Positions 43,454 to 53,076 of a stretch of DNA of 64,000 nt are shown one piece after another (positions within the stretch are counted from its first letter, which is position 1; each line of letters begins with the position of its first letter). A program made the position numbers and the translations under genes. The stretch spans positions 5,092-69,091 of the forward strand of contig JAGRNR010000009.1 of NCBI GenBank assembly GCA_020440645.1, read 5' to 3'. The DNA comes from a bacterium (GTDB lineage Bacteria > 4484-113 > JAFGCY01). The notes under the pieces are model-generated. The model saw only the letters and a list, made by a program, of their open reading frames with translations, was not told the DNA's origin and searched no databases.

Positions 43454-45553
43454 CTAGTTCACGGTGATGAACTTGTAGGCGATGCCCGTTTCCCCGAGCG
43501 AATCCGTCACCCGCACGGCAAGTGTGTAGAATCCGGGTGAGTTGAGGGTAGTGTTGATCGTGCTGTTCTCGAAGGTGGCTTCGAAGAAGCCGTCACCGTC
43601 CAGGTCATAGTCATAGATAACCGACAGCCCGTCCTCATCGTCCGAGCTCAGGCTGGCATCCAGCATTACCAGCACCGGTGCAAACCCAGTGTCCGGTGAT
43701 CCAGTCAGCACGGCGTTGGGCGGATGGTTCTCCAGACAGGTCAGCTTGTAGGCGCCCGGGCCGGTCTCGATGGCGGAACCGGGCACGAACACCTTCAGGT
43801 AGTAGCGCCCGGCGGCCGGCAGGCTGAAGTTGATGTATTCACGGTCCACGTTGTCAATCGATTCAATCAACGGAACGACCAGGTCTGACTCATGGTACAG
43901 AGCCAGTGAAAGGTCGACCGTCGCCGAACTGAAGTCCACCCAGAAGCTGGCGGTGGTGGCCCGGTCGGCATCGATCGCGTACCAGTCCTCGGTGTCGCTG
44001 CCGCCGACGCTAGCACTCCAGTCGCGGATATGCTTCGCGTAGTTGAGGAAACCGCCGAGGCTGTCCGCCTCCGTCTCGGCATTGTTGGGCTCAGTCTCCT
44101 GCGGGTCCACCCCGTTTGACACGATCACCTTCAGGCTGGCGGTGGCCTCCCGCTCACCACTGTCGGTGATGCGCACCGTTGGCGTGAATTCGCCGGGCAG
44201 CGTGTAGGTGATGTCACCACCGGGGTTCAGGCCGAGGTCATAGTCAAACGTGCCGTCACCCTCGAAGTCCCATTCGTACTTGACGATGTCATTGTCGGGG
44301 TCCACGAGGCCGCTGGTGTCGATGTAACGGATGATTCCGTTCTGCAGGCAGTAGTAGTCGATGCTCAGTTCAGCAGTGGGCGGGTTCTCACCGCTGATCG
44401 GCGTGATCGTGACATCCGTCGTGGCCGTGGCACTTTCCCCGAAGAAATCGATCACCATCACCCCGACGGTGAAGGTGCCGGCCTCGATGAATTCGCGGTA
44501 GGCGAAGGGGACCGGGGTCTGCAGCTCATGGAACCCGTCGTCGTCAAGGTCCCAGCGGTAATTGACGATGCCGCCATCCGGGTCCATGCTGTTGAAGGCG
44601 TCAAAGTTGATGGCCTGGGGCAGCGGACCGCCGTTCGGCAAGGCCACGATGTCCGCGATCGGTGGCAGGTTGCCCGGTTCACCGGTCACATTGATCGTGG
44701 CGGTGGCTTCGCCGGTGCCACCTTCGTTATCAACCACGCGCAGGGTGCAGGTGAAGGTGCCGACATGGTCGTAGTCGTGGCTGGGGGTCGGCCCGAGGTC
44801 ACCGGGTGTGAAGTAGATTGGGTCCTCGAATGACCAGTGGTACTCGGCGATCGTGCCATCCAGGTCGGAGCTGGCGGAGCCGTCAAACCCTGTGGTGAAG
44901 AAGTACTGGCCGCTGTCCTGGGCCACGGTGAAGCTGGCGGTCGGGGCGAAGTTGCCACCGAGCCGCACACGGGTCAGCTCGAAGCTGCCGCTGCCGGTCA
45001 GCAACACGCAGCAGTAGATCGCGTCGAAGTTCGAGAAATAGCCGTCCAGCGAGCCGAAGTCGAAGTGGTCATCGTCATTGCCAAGCTGCCATTTCCAGCG
45101 GCCGCTGCCGTAATCCGTGATGCCGACGTAGTACTCGCCGGAGTCCGGGCGCACGCCCCACTGCAGGTCGACCTGAGCCTCCCTTGCGAATCCCGGCAGG
45201 TGGTAACCGTAGATGCCCCAGCTCACATCCAGCTTCGGCGGGTTGGCGGCGGGGTCCCAGTCCGGGGCCATCAGCAGGCTGTCCCCGAACACGATCGCAT
45301 TCTCGCGGCTGCCGGGCGTGATGATCTCCGCACCCTTGCGGATGTAGTCCGCCGGTGTATCACTGAAGCTGCGCCCAACGGCGGGCAGCTCGGCCGGGGC
45401 TGGAAGCTGGGCAAGCAGGTCCTGCGGCAGTTCAACCGGACCGGACTGGCGCTCAGGCGTGGCAGCCTTTTCCTGCAGGTTGGCAGCGCCGGATGAACAG
45501 GCTGCCAGGCAGAATAGGCAGCCTGCCAGCAGAAGGGCAAATGAAGCACGCAT
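43454..45553 (-). CDS. Surface lipoprotein, paralog 1 of 4: novel N-terminal domain, PKD-like repeats, pre-peptidase C-terminal (PPC)-like domain
   Basis: Lipobox LLLAGCLFCLAACSSG. PKD-like blocks (YHWSFEDP ... NYRWDLDDDGFHE ... KYEWDFEGDGTFD). PPC-like block ETEPNNAETEAD ... DTEDWYAID ... YYLKVF. GAGGA RBS. Confidence 0.75.
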   Translation of the reverse strand: MRASFALLLAGCLFCLAACSSGAANLQEKAATPERQSGPVELPQDLLAQLPAPAELPAVGRSFSDTPADYIRKGAEIITPGSRENAIVFGDSLLMAPDWDPAANPPKLDVSWGIYGYHLPGFAREAQVDLQWGVRPDSGEYYVGITDYGSGRWKWQLGNDDDHFDFGSLDGYFSNFDAIYCCVLLTGSGSFELTRVRLGGNFAPTASFTVAQDSGQYFFTTGFDGSASSDLDGTIAEYHWSFEDPIYFTPGDLGPTPSHDYDHVGTFTCTLRVVDNEGGTGEATATINVTGEPGNLPPIADIVALPNGGPLPQAINFDAFNSMDPDGGIVNYRWDLDDDGFHELQTPVPFAYREFIEAGTFTVGVMVIDFFGESATATTDVTITPISGENPPTAELSIDYYCLQNGIIRYIDTSGLVDPDNDIVKYEWDFEGDGTFDYDLGLNPGGDITYTLPGEFTPTVRITDSGEREATASLKVIVSNGVDPQETEPNNAETEADSLGGFLNYAKHIRDWSASVGGSDTEDWYAIDADRATTASFWVDFSSATVDLSLALYHESDLVVPLIESIDNVDREYINFSLPAAGRYYLKVFVPGSAIETGPGAYKLTCLENHPPNAVLTGSPDTGFAPVLVMLDASLSSDDEDGLSVIYDYDLDGDGFFEATFENSTINTTLNSPGFYTLAVRVTDSLGETGIAYKFITVN

Positions 45554-45600
45554 CTTTATTCCTCACTGCGCCCGGATACTCTCCAGCAAGCTGGAGGGGC

Positions 45601-45618
45601 AGCACAGAATTCTAACTG
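45601..45618 (-). promoter_or_regulatory. Putative promoter element (TAGAAT -10-like box within GTTAGAATTCTGTGC) upstream of lipoprotein paralog 1
   Basis: Minus-strand sequence cagTTAGAATTCTGTGCtg about 55 nt upstream of the ATG. Near-identical to the element upstream of paralog 3 and similar to that upstream of paralog 2. Confidence 0.35.
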
Positions 45619-45675
45619 AAAGAATCACCAAACTGAGCTTCGCGGCAAGCAGGTCCCAGCTACCCCTGGCACGGT

Positions 45676-47790
45676 TCAAATGGGTAAGGCAGTTACTATG
45701 ACGAAGTCTGTATCCGCGAGGCCCCACTCATCGATTACGCGCACGCTGACGACGATTGCACCGGGTACTGTGATCTGCGTGTCATAGGTGGGCTGGAACT
45801 GGCCGGTCACTTCAAAGATCCCGTCACCGTCGACATCAAACTGGTATTCAGTGATGTAGCCCATCTCAACTGTGCTGGCAGATGCATCCAGCGAAATGTC
45901 AAATGGAACCGACCCAACGAGCGGATCAGCGGACAAAGCGGCGTGCGGGCCGTCATAGTTGCGGCAGCGGAATGTGTAGTCACCGGGGCCCTTCGCCAGT
46001 GCTGAGGGATCTATGCTCACACGGATCAGGTACTGGCCGGCGGAGGGCAGCACGAACTTGAGGATTTCACTATCCAAGATGCCGTGTGCGCTGGCCAATG
46101 GGTTGTCGGTGTCGCCGGCGGAATACAGGTCCAGGCGCATGTCTATCTCGCTGCGGAGGAAATCCGCGACGAACGCCACTGGACCGCTGCGGTCGGATTC
46201 GAAGGAGTACCAGTCCGCGCTGTCGCCGCCGCCCTCATCCAGTGAGCCCTTCCAGTTGCAGATCCCCTTGGAGTAGTTCATGAAGCCGGTGAACTCCTCG
46301 GCCTCGCCCGGGGTACCGTTGGGTTCAGTTTCAGCCAAGCCGGAATTCGGCCCGATCCGCAGCGGTATGCTGGCAACGTCTGTCCGGCCGCCGCTGTCCG
46401 TCACGCGGAATGTCGCGTTGAAAGTCTGCCCTGTCTGGGCATAGGTCGCAACGAATTCCTCACCGGGGGCGAAAGAATAATCGAATATGCCATCACCCTC
46501 CAGGTCCGTCTCGAACGAGACGATGTCATTGTCGGGGTCGCTGCTCTCGCTCCAGTCTATCCTGAAGGCACCCGGTGAGTTGAAGCTGTAGTCGGACTTG
46601 ACGACGATGGTCGGCGGCTCAGTACCATCAACCGGGTCAATCACCACCGTGGTTGAGGCGGTGCTAAAGCTGCCCTGGTTGTCAATCGCCATCACGGACA
46701 CCTCATAGCTGCCGGGTACGGCGAAGAACCACTTCTGCACGGCACTGCCAAAAACCTCGAAATGCCCGTCTCCGTCGAAGTCGAAACGGTAGCCGGCTAT
46801 CGAGCCGTCCGTGTCGCTGCTGCCGCTGCAGTCGAAGTTGATCCACTGCGGGACCGGTCCACCGCTGGTGTCAGGCACGATCGAGGCAAGCGGTGCAGCG
46901 TTGCCATCCACCAGGGCGACCGAAATCGGGATGCTGAGCTCGGCGGTGGCTCCCTCATTGTCCGTCAGGCGCAGTGTGCAGGTGTACTCGCCCGCGTGGT
47001 CGTAAGTCCAGAAAACCACCGGGGCCGGGTACCGGAAATCCGTGTAGACCGGATCCTCCATTGACCATTCGTAGCCTGCAATGCTGCCGTCCGGATCGTG
47101 GCAACCCGAGGCGTCGAACTGGACCTCCAGAGAGCCTGTTCCACTGGTCTGGTTCGGGATCAGGCTGGCCACGGGCGGCAGGTTCTCCCCCAGACGCAGC
47201 CGGCTGAGATTGAAGTTGCCCTTGTCCGCGACCAGGATGGTGAAATAGATGTCGCCATTCCCGGAGAAGTAGCCGTCAAGGCTACCGAAATCAATGATGT
47301 CCTGATCCGTGCCCTGGAACCATTGCCAGCGATTGCTGCTGAAGTCGCTGACACCGATGTAGTGGCGCGCTCCGTCCGGCCTGGGGCCTTCCCACAGTAC
47401 CTGCAGTTCCGGCTGGCGCTGGAAATCAGTGATGTTGAAACCTTAAATCGCCCAGCTCAGCTCACGTGTCGGCGGCTCGGCCACGGGCTCGTAATCAGCA
47501 ACCATCACAAGCATGTTCCCGACAATGCTCGCATTGGCGAATGCATCAGGCTGATAAGTCTGATATCCATCCCGCAGGAAGTCCTCCGGGACATTGCTGG
47601 CGCTGCGCTGCTGCTGAGGCAGGCTGTCCAGTCCCGGCAGCCCGTCAGCCAGCGAGGGACTGAGCTGTACAGCCTCAGCCTGCGCGGAAACGGGCAGGTC
47701 AGCCGCCTGCTCCGGATGGGCCGGCTGGCTGCTGCATGAAGCCGCGAGCAGCAGGCAGCCTGCGCACGCGATGGCGAGAAGAGCTTTCAT
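45676..47790 (-). pseudogene. Surface lipoprotein, paralog 2 of 4, interrupted by a single in-frame TAA at 47443-47445
   Basis: ORFs 47443..47790 (signal/lipobox MKALLAIACAGCLLLAASCSS) and 45676..47172 lie in the same frame. The stretch 47173..47442 translates without stops (GFNITDFQRQPELQVLWEG...). The TAA replaces the Tyr of the SWGIYG(F/Y) block conserved in the other three paralogs. Confidence 0.6.
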
Positions 47791-47835
47791 CTTTATTCCT
47801 TGAACCTGCCTGGTTCCTTATGGCAGTGCAGGAGG

Positions 47836-47849
47836 CTGGGAAAATTCTA
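47836..47849 (-). promoter_or_regulatory. Putative promoter element (GTAGAATTTTCC) upstream of lipoprotein paralog 2
   Basis: Minus-strand agTAGAATtttccc about 55 nt upstream of the ATG. The shared spacing and the shared AGGAATAAAGATG RBS/start context with paralog 1. Confidence 0.3.
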
Positions 47850-47903
47850 CTCGATCAGTCTCAATCATTGACTTTCCCAGTAAAGCAATCCGCCAGCGAT
47901 CAT

Positions 47904-49997
47904 TCAGGGGGCGATGCCCGTCACTGTCACCGTGGCGATTGACTCCATTCCCAGCATGTCCTGTACCTTGACGCCGAGCTCCTGCGGTCCTTCCCAGCTG
48001 ACGGTGCCAGTACCGAGCCATCCGCCGGGCTCGCTCTCGAAGATCCCGTCGCCATCCATGTCAAAGAAGTAGATCAGGCCCTCCAGGTAACGGTCATAGC
48101 TGCGGCCCGCGTTGAGCACAACCTCGGTCCCCGTCTCCACTACCGTTGCGGAGGCCGTGACAAAAGCCACCGGCTTGGAGGGGTCCCAGAAGTCCAGCTT
48201 GTAGCCGCTGTCCTGCCCGGCCTCGCCTGCCTGCTTCGTGAACACGCGCAGGAAGTAGTCCCCCGGCGCCGTAATGAGAACGGACATAAACTCGTTGTCG
48301 GTATCCGAGTAGCTGAAGAACAGCGGGTTCACCAGGTCAAGAGGGCTGTACATCTCAATGTCCATGTCCATGAAACTGTGCGTGAAGATCAGGTTGAACC
48401 ACAGCTGGCCGTTGTGCGCGGCATGGATCACATACCAGTCCTCGGTATCCTCAGCGAACTTGAGCTGGCCGGGAAAGTCGCGCACCCGCACACACTCGTT
48501 GCCAAAACTGCCCAGGCTGATCGCCGTCTCCGGGCTGTCATTCGGTTCTACCTCCGGCTGGCCGGAGAATGGCGTGACCATCACTGGACAGGTTGCCGTG
48601 TCACTGCGTCCGCCGCTGTCAGTGACCCTCACGGCGACGTTGAACACGCCGCCATCCTGGGAATAGGTCACGTTATTCACGGGATCGAGCCCTGAATCAA
48701 CGTCGAACGTGCCGTCACCCTCGAAGTCCCATTCGTACTTCACGATGTCATTGTCAGGGTCATAGGATCCCTGTGCGGTGAAGTACCGTGCACCCGCAGT
48801 GTTGTCATACCAGTAGACGGCCTCCAGCTTTGCCACCGGAGGCTCCGTGCCCTCCACGGGCAGCACCTCGATCTGCATCGTGGCCGTGTCGACGGCACCG
48901 AACTCATCAATCACCATCACGCTGGGGTTGTAGGTGCCGGCTGCGATGTACAGAGCCTTGAACACCGGGCTGCCAAAAGTGAACTGCTCGAAGTACCCGT
49001 CCTCGTCAATGTCCCAGCGGAATGTCATGAAACCGTTCTCCGGATCCGTGCTGTCCTGTGCATTGAGCGTGACGGAAAGCGGAACCAGGCCGGATACCAC
49101 ATCAGATTCAGAGTAGATATCGGCCACAGGCGGGTCATTGCCAGGCACGGCGGTGACGCTGATCGGAATGACAAATTCCGTCATTCCGCCTTCGAGGTCA
49201 TGCGCCCTGCCTATGCAGTCGTACTCGCCGACATGGTCATACTCCCAGTACAGGAACGGACCGGCGGGCTCGAAGATCGGCCCACCCTCGGCGGACCATT
49301 CAAAGAAGGTCAGAGTGCCATCCGGATCGTAGCTGGCTGAGGCATCGATGTTGACCGTCAGCTTGCCCTGGCCGCTGTCGTTGTCAATCGTGTAGTCGAT
49401 CACGGGCGGGAAGTTGCCGCCGAGGCGCAGCCTGCTGAAGGTGAACTGGCCCTCCGTTGCCAGCAGCACCACCACATACAGGTCGCCGTTGGCAGAGAAA
49501 TAGTCAGCCAGCCCCGGGAAGTCCACGGTCCCGTCCGCCGTACCCTGGCGCCACTGCCAGTGTCCGCTGGAGTAATCACTGACCCCGATGTAGATGCCGG
49601 AGCTGGCGGGCGCAGTGCCATTCCACTTTGCCTGGATCTCCGTGCCGCGCTGGTAGTCTGCGATGTTGAAACCGTAGATCCCCCAGCTCAGTCCATGCAT
49701 CGGCGGGTCGCCCTGCGGATCATAGGTCGGGCTCATCGAGAGCTTGTCACCGGTCACCTCGGCATTCATCTTCGCCGATACCTTGTAGATGTCGGCTCCC
49801 GTGCGGATGCAGGCTTCCGGCGTATTGCTGGTACTGCGCTGCATGGCAGGCAGGGCAGAAATGGCCGGCAGCTGCGATTCAAGCTGCGGCAGGACAGCGT
49901 CGCCTGCCGGTTGGTTTACCTGGCCGCCACTTCCGCTGGAGCAGGCTGCCAGCAGCAGCATCGCTCCGGCCAGCAGGCCACTGAGCTGTCTGAACAT
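47904..49997 (-). CDS. Surface lipoprotein, paralog 3 of 4 (697 aa)
   Basis: Lipobox LLLAACSSGSGG. Same N-terminal domain (TPEACIRTGADIY ... LSWGIYGFNIADYQRG ... YIGVSDYSSGHWQWRQG ... RLRLGGNFPP), then PKD-like and PPC-like blocks (EVEPNDSPETAI ... EDWYVI ... YFLRVF). Confidence 0.75.
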   Translation of the reverse strand: MFRQLSGLLAGAMLLLAACSSGSGGQVNQPAGDAVLPQLESQLPAISALPAMQRSTSNTPEACIRTGADIYKVSAKMNAEVTGDKLSMSPTYDPQGDPPMHGLSWGIYGFNIADYQRGTEIQAKWNGTAPASSGIYIGVSDYSSGHWQWRQGTADGTVDFPGLADYFSANGDLYVVVLLATEGQFTFSRLRLGGNFPPVIDYTIDNDSGQGKLTVNIDASASYDPDGTLTFFEWSAEGGPIFEPAGPFLYWEYDHVGEYDCIGRAHDLEGGMTEFVIPISVTAVPGNDPPVADIYSESDVVSGLVPLSVTLNAQDSTDPENGFMTFRWDIDEDGYFEQFTFGSPVFKALYIAAGTYNPSVMVIDEFGAVDTATMQIEVLPVEGTEPPVAKLEAVYWYDNTAGARYFTAQGSYDPDNDIVKYEWDFEGDGTFDVDSGLDPVNNVTYSQDGGVFNVAVRVTDSGGRSDTATCPVMVTPFSGQPEVEPNDSPETAISLGSFGNECVRVRDFPGQLKFAEDTEDWYVIHAAHNGQLWFNLIFTHSFMDMDIEMYSPLDLVNPLFFSYSDTDNEFMSVLITAPGDYFLRVFTKQAGEAGQDSGYKLDFWDPSKPVAFVTASATVVETGTEVVLNAGRSYDRYLEGLIYFFDMDGDGIFESEPGGWLGTGTVSWEGPQELGVKVQDMLGMESIATVTVTGIAP

Positions 49998-50030
49998 GCG
50001 CTTGTCCTCGCACTTTACCGGGTTCCGTCC

Positions 50031-50046
50031 GCACAGATTCTAACCC
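50031..50046 (-). promoter_or_regulatory. Putative promoter element (GTTAGAATCTGTGC) upstream of lipoprotein paralog 3
   Basis: Minus-strand gggTTAGAATCTGTGCgga about 50 nt upstream of the ATG. Confidence 0.35.
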
Positions 50047-50091
50047 AGGACAAACCAGGACAAGCAGTTGCATCGCAGTCCGGCCTGCAGC

Positions 50092-52914
50092 CTAGGCTTC
50101 CGGCAGGACCTCCATCATGTAGTCCTGCTCGAGCTTCGGGTTCGAGCTGGCCCACACGTAGGCATTGATGTAGTAGGTACCGGGCGCGGTGAAGTTGTAC
50201 GTGATCGACTCGTTGTCAGTGGTGCTTGTCGATGAGCCGATCTGGGACGTGCCGTCGGTGTCATACAGCTTCAGGTCGAGGTCGGACAGCGCATCGGTGA
50301 AGTACATGTTGATCACATAGCTGCCCGGTGTCACGATCTGGATCTTCATCCAGTCCGACTCGTCGCCATCCAGCGGCCCGTCCGGCCCGAGGTTGCCGAA
50401 CCAGCCGGTGAAGTCCGTGCCGGGGAACATGTTGCCGGTCAGGTAGTCGTCATTGTCCTCAACCTCGTCGTAGGTCAGGCTGACCGAGATATCCACCGAG
50501 TCGGTGCCACTGGCACCGTACTGGTCCGTCACGCGCACCATCGCGCTGACTGTGCCGGCCGAGTAGTAGGTATGGGTCACGAAGGGGTCGGTGGTGGTCT
50601 CGTCCCAGGTGCCGTCTCCGTTGTAGTCCCACTCGAACTTCGTCAGGTCATGCCCGTCCGGGTCGGTGCTGCCGCTGGCATCGAAGTCCACCACAAGCGG
50701 GGCCTCGCCACTCAGCGGGCTGGCGGTCAGGACCACATTCGGGTTGCCGTTGATCGAGTTGACGTTTACGGTCTTCGTCACCTTGCCACCCTGGTCGTCG
50801 GTCACGCGCACCTTGACCGCCACCGTGCCGGAAACCGTCATGTCGCCCATGAAGACTGAGGTCGTGCCGGTGTCCTGCTCGAAGCTGCCGTTGCCATCGA
50901 CGTCCCACTCGTACTTGGTGATCGTGCCGTCCGGGTCGTAGCTGCCCGTCGCATCCAGCGTGACCGGGAAGGGCACGTTGCCACTGAGCGGGCTGACGTT
51001 GAAGGTGACCACCGGCAGGCGGTTCACGCTGGCATCGAAGGTGTAGTCCGCCGGACCGCGGTCAGTCGCGCTGGCGTAGATGTAGATCCGGATGAAGTAG
51101 GTGCCGGTCTTGTCAGCCGGGATCGAGTAGCTGATCGACTCCGTGTTGCCCGTGCCGGTGGAGGATGCCACCGAGGTGCTCAGGTCGGATTCATGGAACA
51201 GGCGGATGTCAATGTCAGCCTCGGCATCGATGAAGGCCAGGTTCAGCTGCACCTCCAGTGGCTCGGGTGCCGCGAACACAAGCCAGTCCTCCTCGCTGCC
51301 GTCATAGCCGCCCACTCCGAGGTTGCCACGCCAGCCCTGGATGCCCTTCGCATAGCCGCCATAGCCCGGCAGCTGGTCAGCGGAAGCGCTGTCGTCATTC
51401 GCCTCGGTCTCGTGGTAGTTGCCGGCGCTGTCAACGATGAGCGTGGCCTGGAAGGTGTCATTCAGGCCGCCGCTGTCGGTCACGCGCAGGACCGGGGTGT
51501 AGGTGCCGATGCCGGGGTAGGTATGCTGGGCAGTGGCCGTGCCGCCGTTGTCAAGCTCGTAGGTTCCGTCACCGTCCCAGTCGAACTCGTACTTGACGAT
51601 GTCGTCGTCCGGGTCAGTAGAGACGGAGGCGTCGAAGTTGAACACGCCGTCATCGGTGCGGAAGCCGTAGTCCACCAGCATCAGTGCGTCCGGCGGGCTC
51701 TGCACCCCGACCTCCATCACCTCGATCAGCAGGTTGTCAGTCGCCGTGCTGCCGAGGTCGTCAGTCACGCGAAGCTTGATGTCGTAGCTGCCTGGATCGT
51801 TGAACGTTGTCGATGTGCTGTCGACCACGCCGGTGTCCTTCTCGAAGCTGCCGTTGCCGTCGAGGTCCCATTCGTACTTGACGATCGTGCCGTCCGGGTC
51901 GGAGCTGCCTGTGCCGTTGAACAGCACGGTGAGCGGTGCGGAACCGGTGGTCTTGTTGGCGCCGAGCACCGCCGTCGGCGGGTCGTTGTCAATGACAGGG
52001 GTGACGCTGACAACGGTCTCCGCGATGCGCTGGGCGCCCTCATTGTCAGTCAGCTGCACGCGCACGAGGAAGTTGCCTGTCTGGTTGTAGACATGCTGCG
52101 TGGTCTGGTCGGTACCGGGGGCACCGAAGCCGTCACCGGTGAAGTCCCATTCGAAGCTTGTGATGTCGCCGTCGATGTCATAGCTCGCACTGGCGTCGAA
52201 GTTGACGGTCAGCGGCACGGTGCCGCTGGTCGTGTCAGCCTGCAGGTCCGCCACCGGTGCGATGTTGTCACCGAGGCGCAGCTGGCCGAGGCTGTAGCTG
52301 CCCTGCCCGGTCAGCACCACGGCGATGTACAGGGTGTCCGTCGGGGAGAAGAAGTCCGCCAGGTTGCCGAAGTCCATCGCCGTGCCGGCGGCCGGTCCCT
52401 GGAACCACTGCCAGCGGCCGGCATCGAAGTTGCTGATGCCGATGAAGTAGTTGCCGGCGGGCGGCGTGGTGCCATCCCACCACAGCTGCAGGGTGCCGGG
52501 GCTGACATAGCCGGTCAGGCCGAAGCCGTAGACCGCCCAGGCCAGGTCGCTGGTGGGCGGGTTGGCGGTGCGCACCCAGTCCGGCGTCATCACGAGGAAA
52601 TCCCCGTCCACACTGGAGAAGGACTTCATTTCCGGCGTGATCAGCTGCGAACCAAAGCGGATGAAGTCCTCCGGCGCATTGCTCGAGCTGCGCTCGACGG
52701 CCGGCAGGTCTGAAAGGTCCGGCACCCCGTCCATGGCCACGGTGATCTCCGGCGCGGGCTTGGCATGTTCGATGCTGTATTCGAGGACCGGCTGTTCCTC
52801 ATTGAACTCGAACTTCTCGCGCTTGAAGAGTACCTGGTCTCCGCCCGACCCGCCTCCGCAGGAGGTGAGCAGGATTGAGACGGCGATGGCCCAGACATAT
52901 AGTGCATTTCTCAT
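50092..52914 (-). CDS. Surface lipoprotein, paralog 4 of 4 (940 aa, extra PKD-like repeats)
   Basis: Lipobox ILLTSCGGGSGG. Conserved N-terminal domain (SNAPEDFIRFGSQLI ... LAWAVYGFGLTGY ... YFIGISNFDAGRWQWFQGP ... QLRLGDNIAP). Five to six PKD-like blocks (TSFEWDFTGDG, VKYEWDLDGNGSFE, VKYEFDWDGDGTYE, TKYEWDVDGNGSFE, TKFEWDYNGDGTWD) and a PPC-like block. Confidence 0.75.
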   Translation of the reverse strand: MRNALYVWAIAVSILLTSCGGGSGGDQVLFKREKFEFNEEQPVLEYSIEHAKPAPEITVAMDGVPDLSDLPAVERSSSNAPEDFIRFGSQLITPEMKSFSSVDGDFLVMTPDWVRTANPPTSDLAWAVYGFGLTGYVSPGTLQLWWDGTTPPAGNYFIGISNFDAGRWQWFQGPAAGTAMDFGNLADFFSPTDTLYIAVVLTGQGSYSLGQLRLGDNIAPVADLQADTTSGTVPLTVNFDASASYDIDGDITSFEWDFTGDGFGAPGTDQTTQHVYNQTGNFLVRVQLTDNEGAQRIAETVVSVTPVIDNDPPTAVLGANKTTGSAPLTVLFNGTGSSDPDGTIVKYEWDLDGNGSFEKDTGVVDSTSTTFNDPGSYDIKLRVTDDLGSTATDNLLIEVMEVGVQSPPDALMLVDYGFRTDDGVFNFDASVSTDPDDDIVKYEFDWDGDGTYELDNGGTATAQHTYPGIGTYTPVLRVTDSGGLNDTFQATLIVDSAGNYHETEANDDSASADQLPGYGGYAKGIQGWRGNLGVGGYDGSEEDWLVFAAPEPLEVQLNLAFIDAEADIDIRLFHESDLSTSVASSTGTGNTESISYSIPADKTGTYFIRIYIYASATDRGPADYTFDASVNRLPVVTFNVSPLSGNVPFPVTLDATGSYDPDGTITKYEWDVDGNGSFEQDTGTTSVFMGDMTVSGTVAVKVRVTDDQGGKVTKTVNVNSINGNPNVVLTASPLSGEAPLVVDFDASGSTDPDGHDLTKFEWDYNGDGTWDETTTDPFVTHTYYSAGTVSAMVRVTDQYGASGTDSVDISVSLTYDEVEDNDDYLTGNMFPGTDFTGWFGNLGPDGPLDGDESDWMKIQIVTPGSYVINMYFTDALSDLDLKLYDTDGTSQIGSSTSTTDNESITYNFTAPGTYYINAYVWASSNPKLEQDYMMEVLPEA

Positions 52915-53076
52915 GAGGAATTCCTCTGGTTTCAGCGTGGAATACGGGTAAACATGCTGATTTTACCGGATTTTATGGTGACACATGTGAAAGATTAATT
53001 GTGTACCGCCGGTCGGTTTCATCTCAATTTGAAGTACCCTTGAAATTGTGGAAGAATTGTAAGAGGGCAGGCAAGC

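Noticed and set aside
47443-47445. Possibility that TAA is recoded as Tyr genome-wide
   Set aside because: This is a single occurrence. Other genes in the window terminate normally at TAA, TGA or TAG, and no known bacterial code reassigns TAA to Tyr. A nonsense mutation or sequencing error is far more likely.
51193-52713. 506-aa plus-strand ORF
   Set aside because: Antisense to lipoprotein paralog 4. Val/Ala/Gly/Arg low-complexity.
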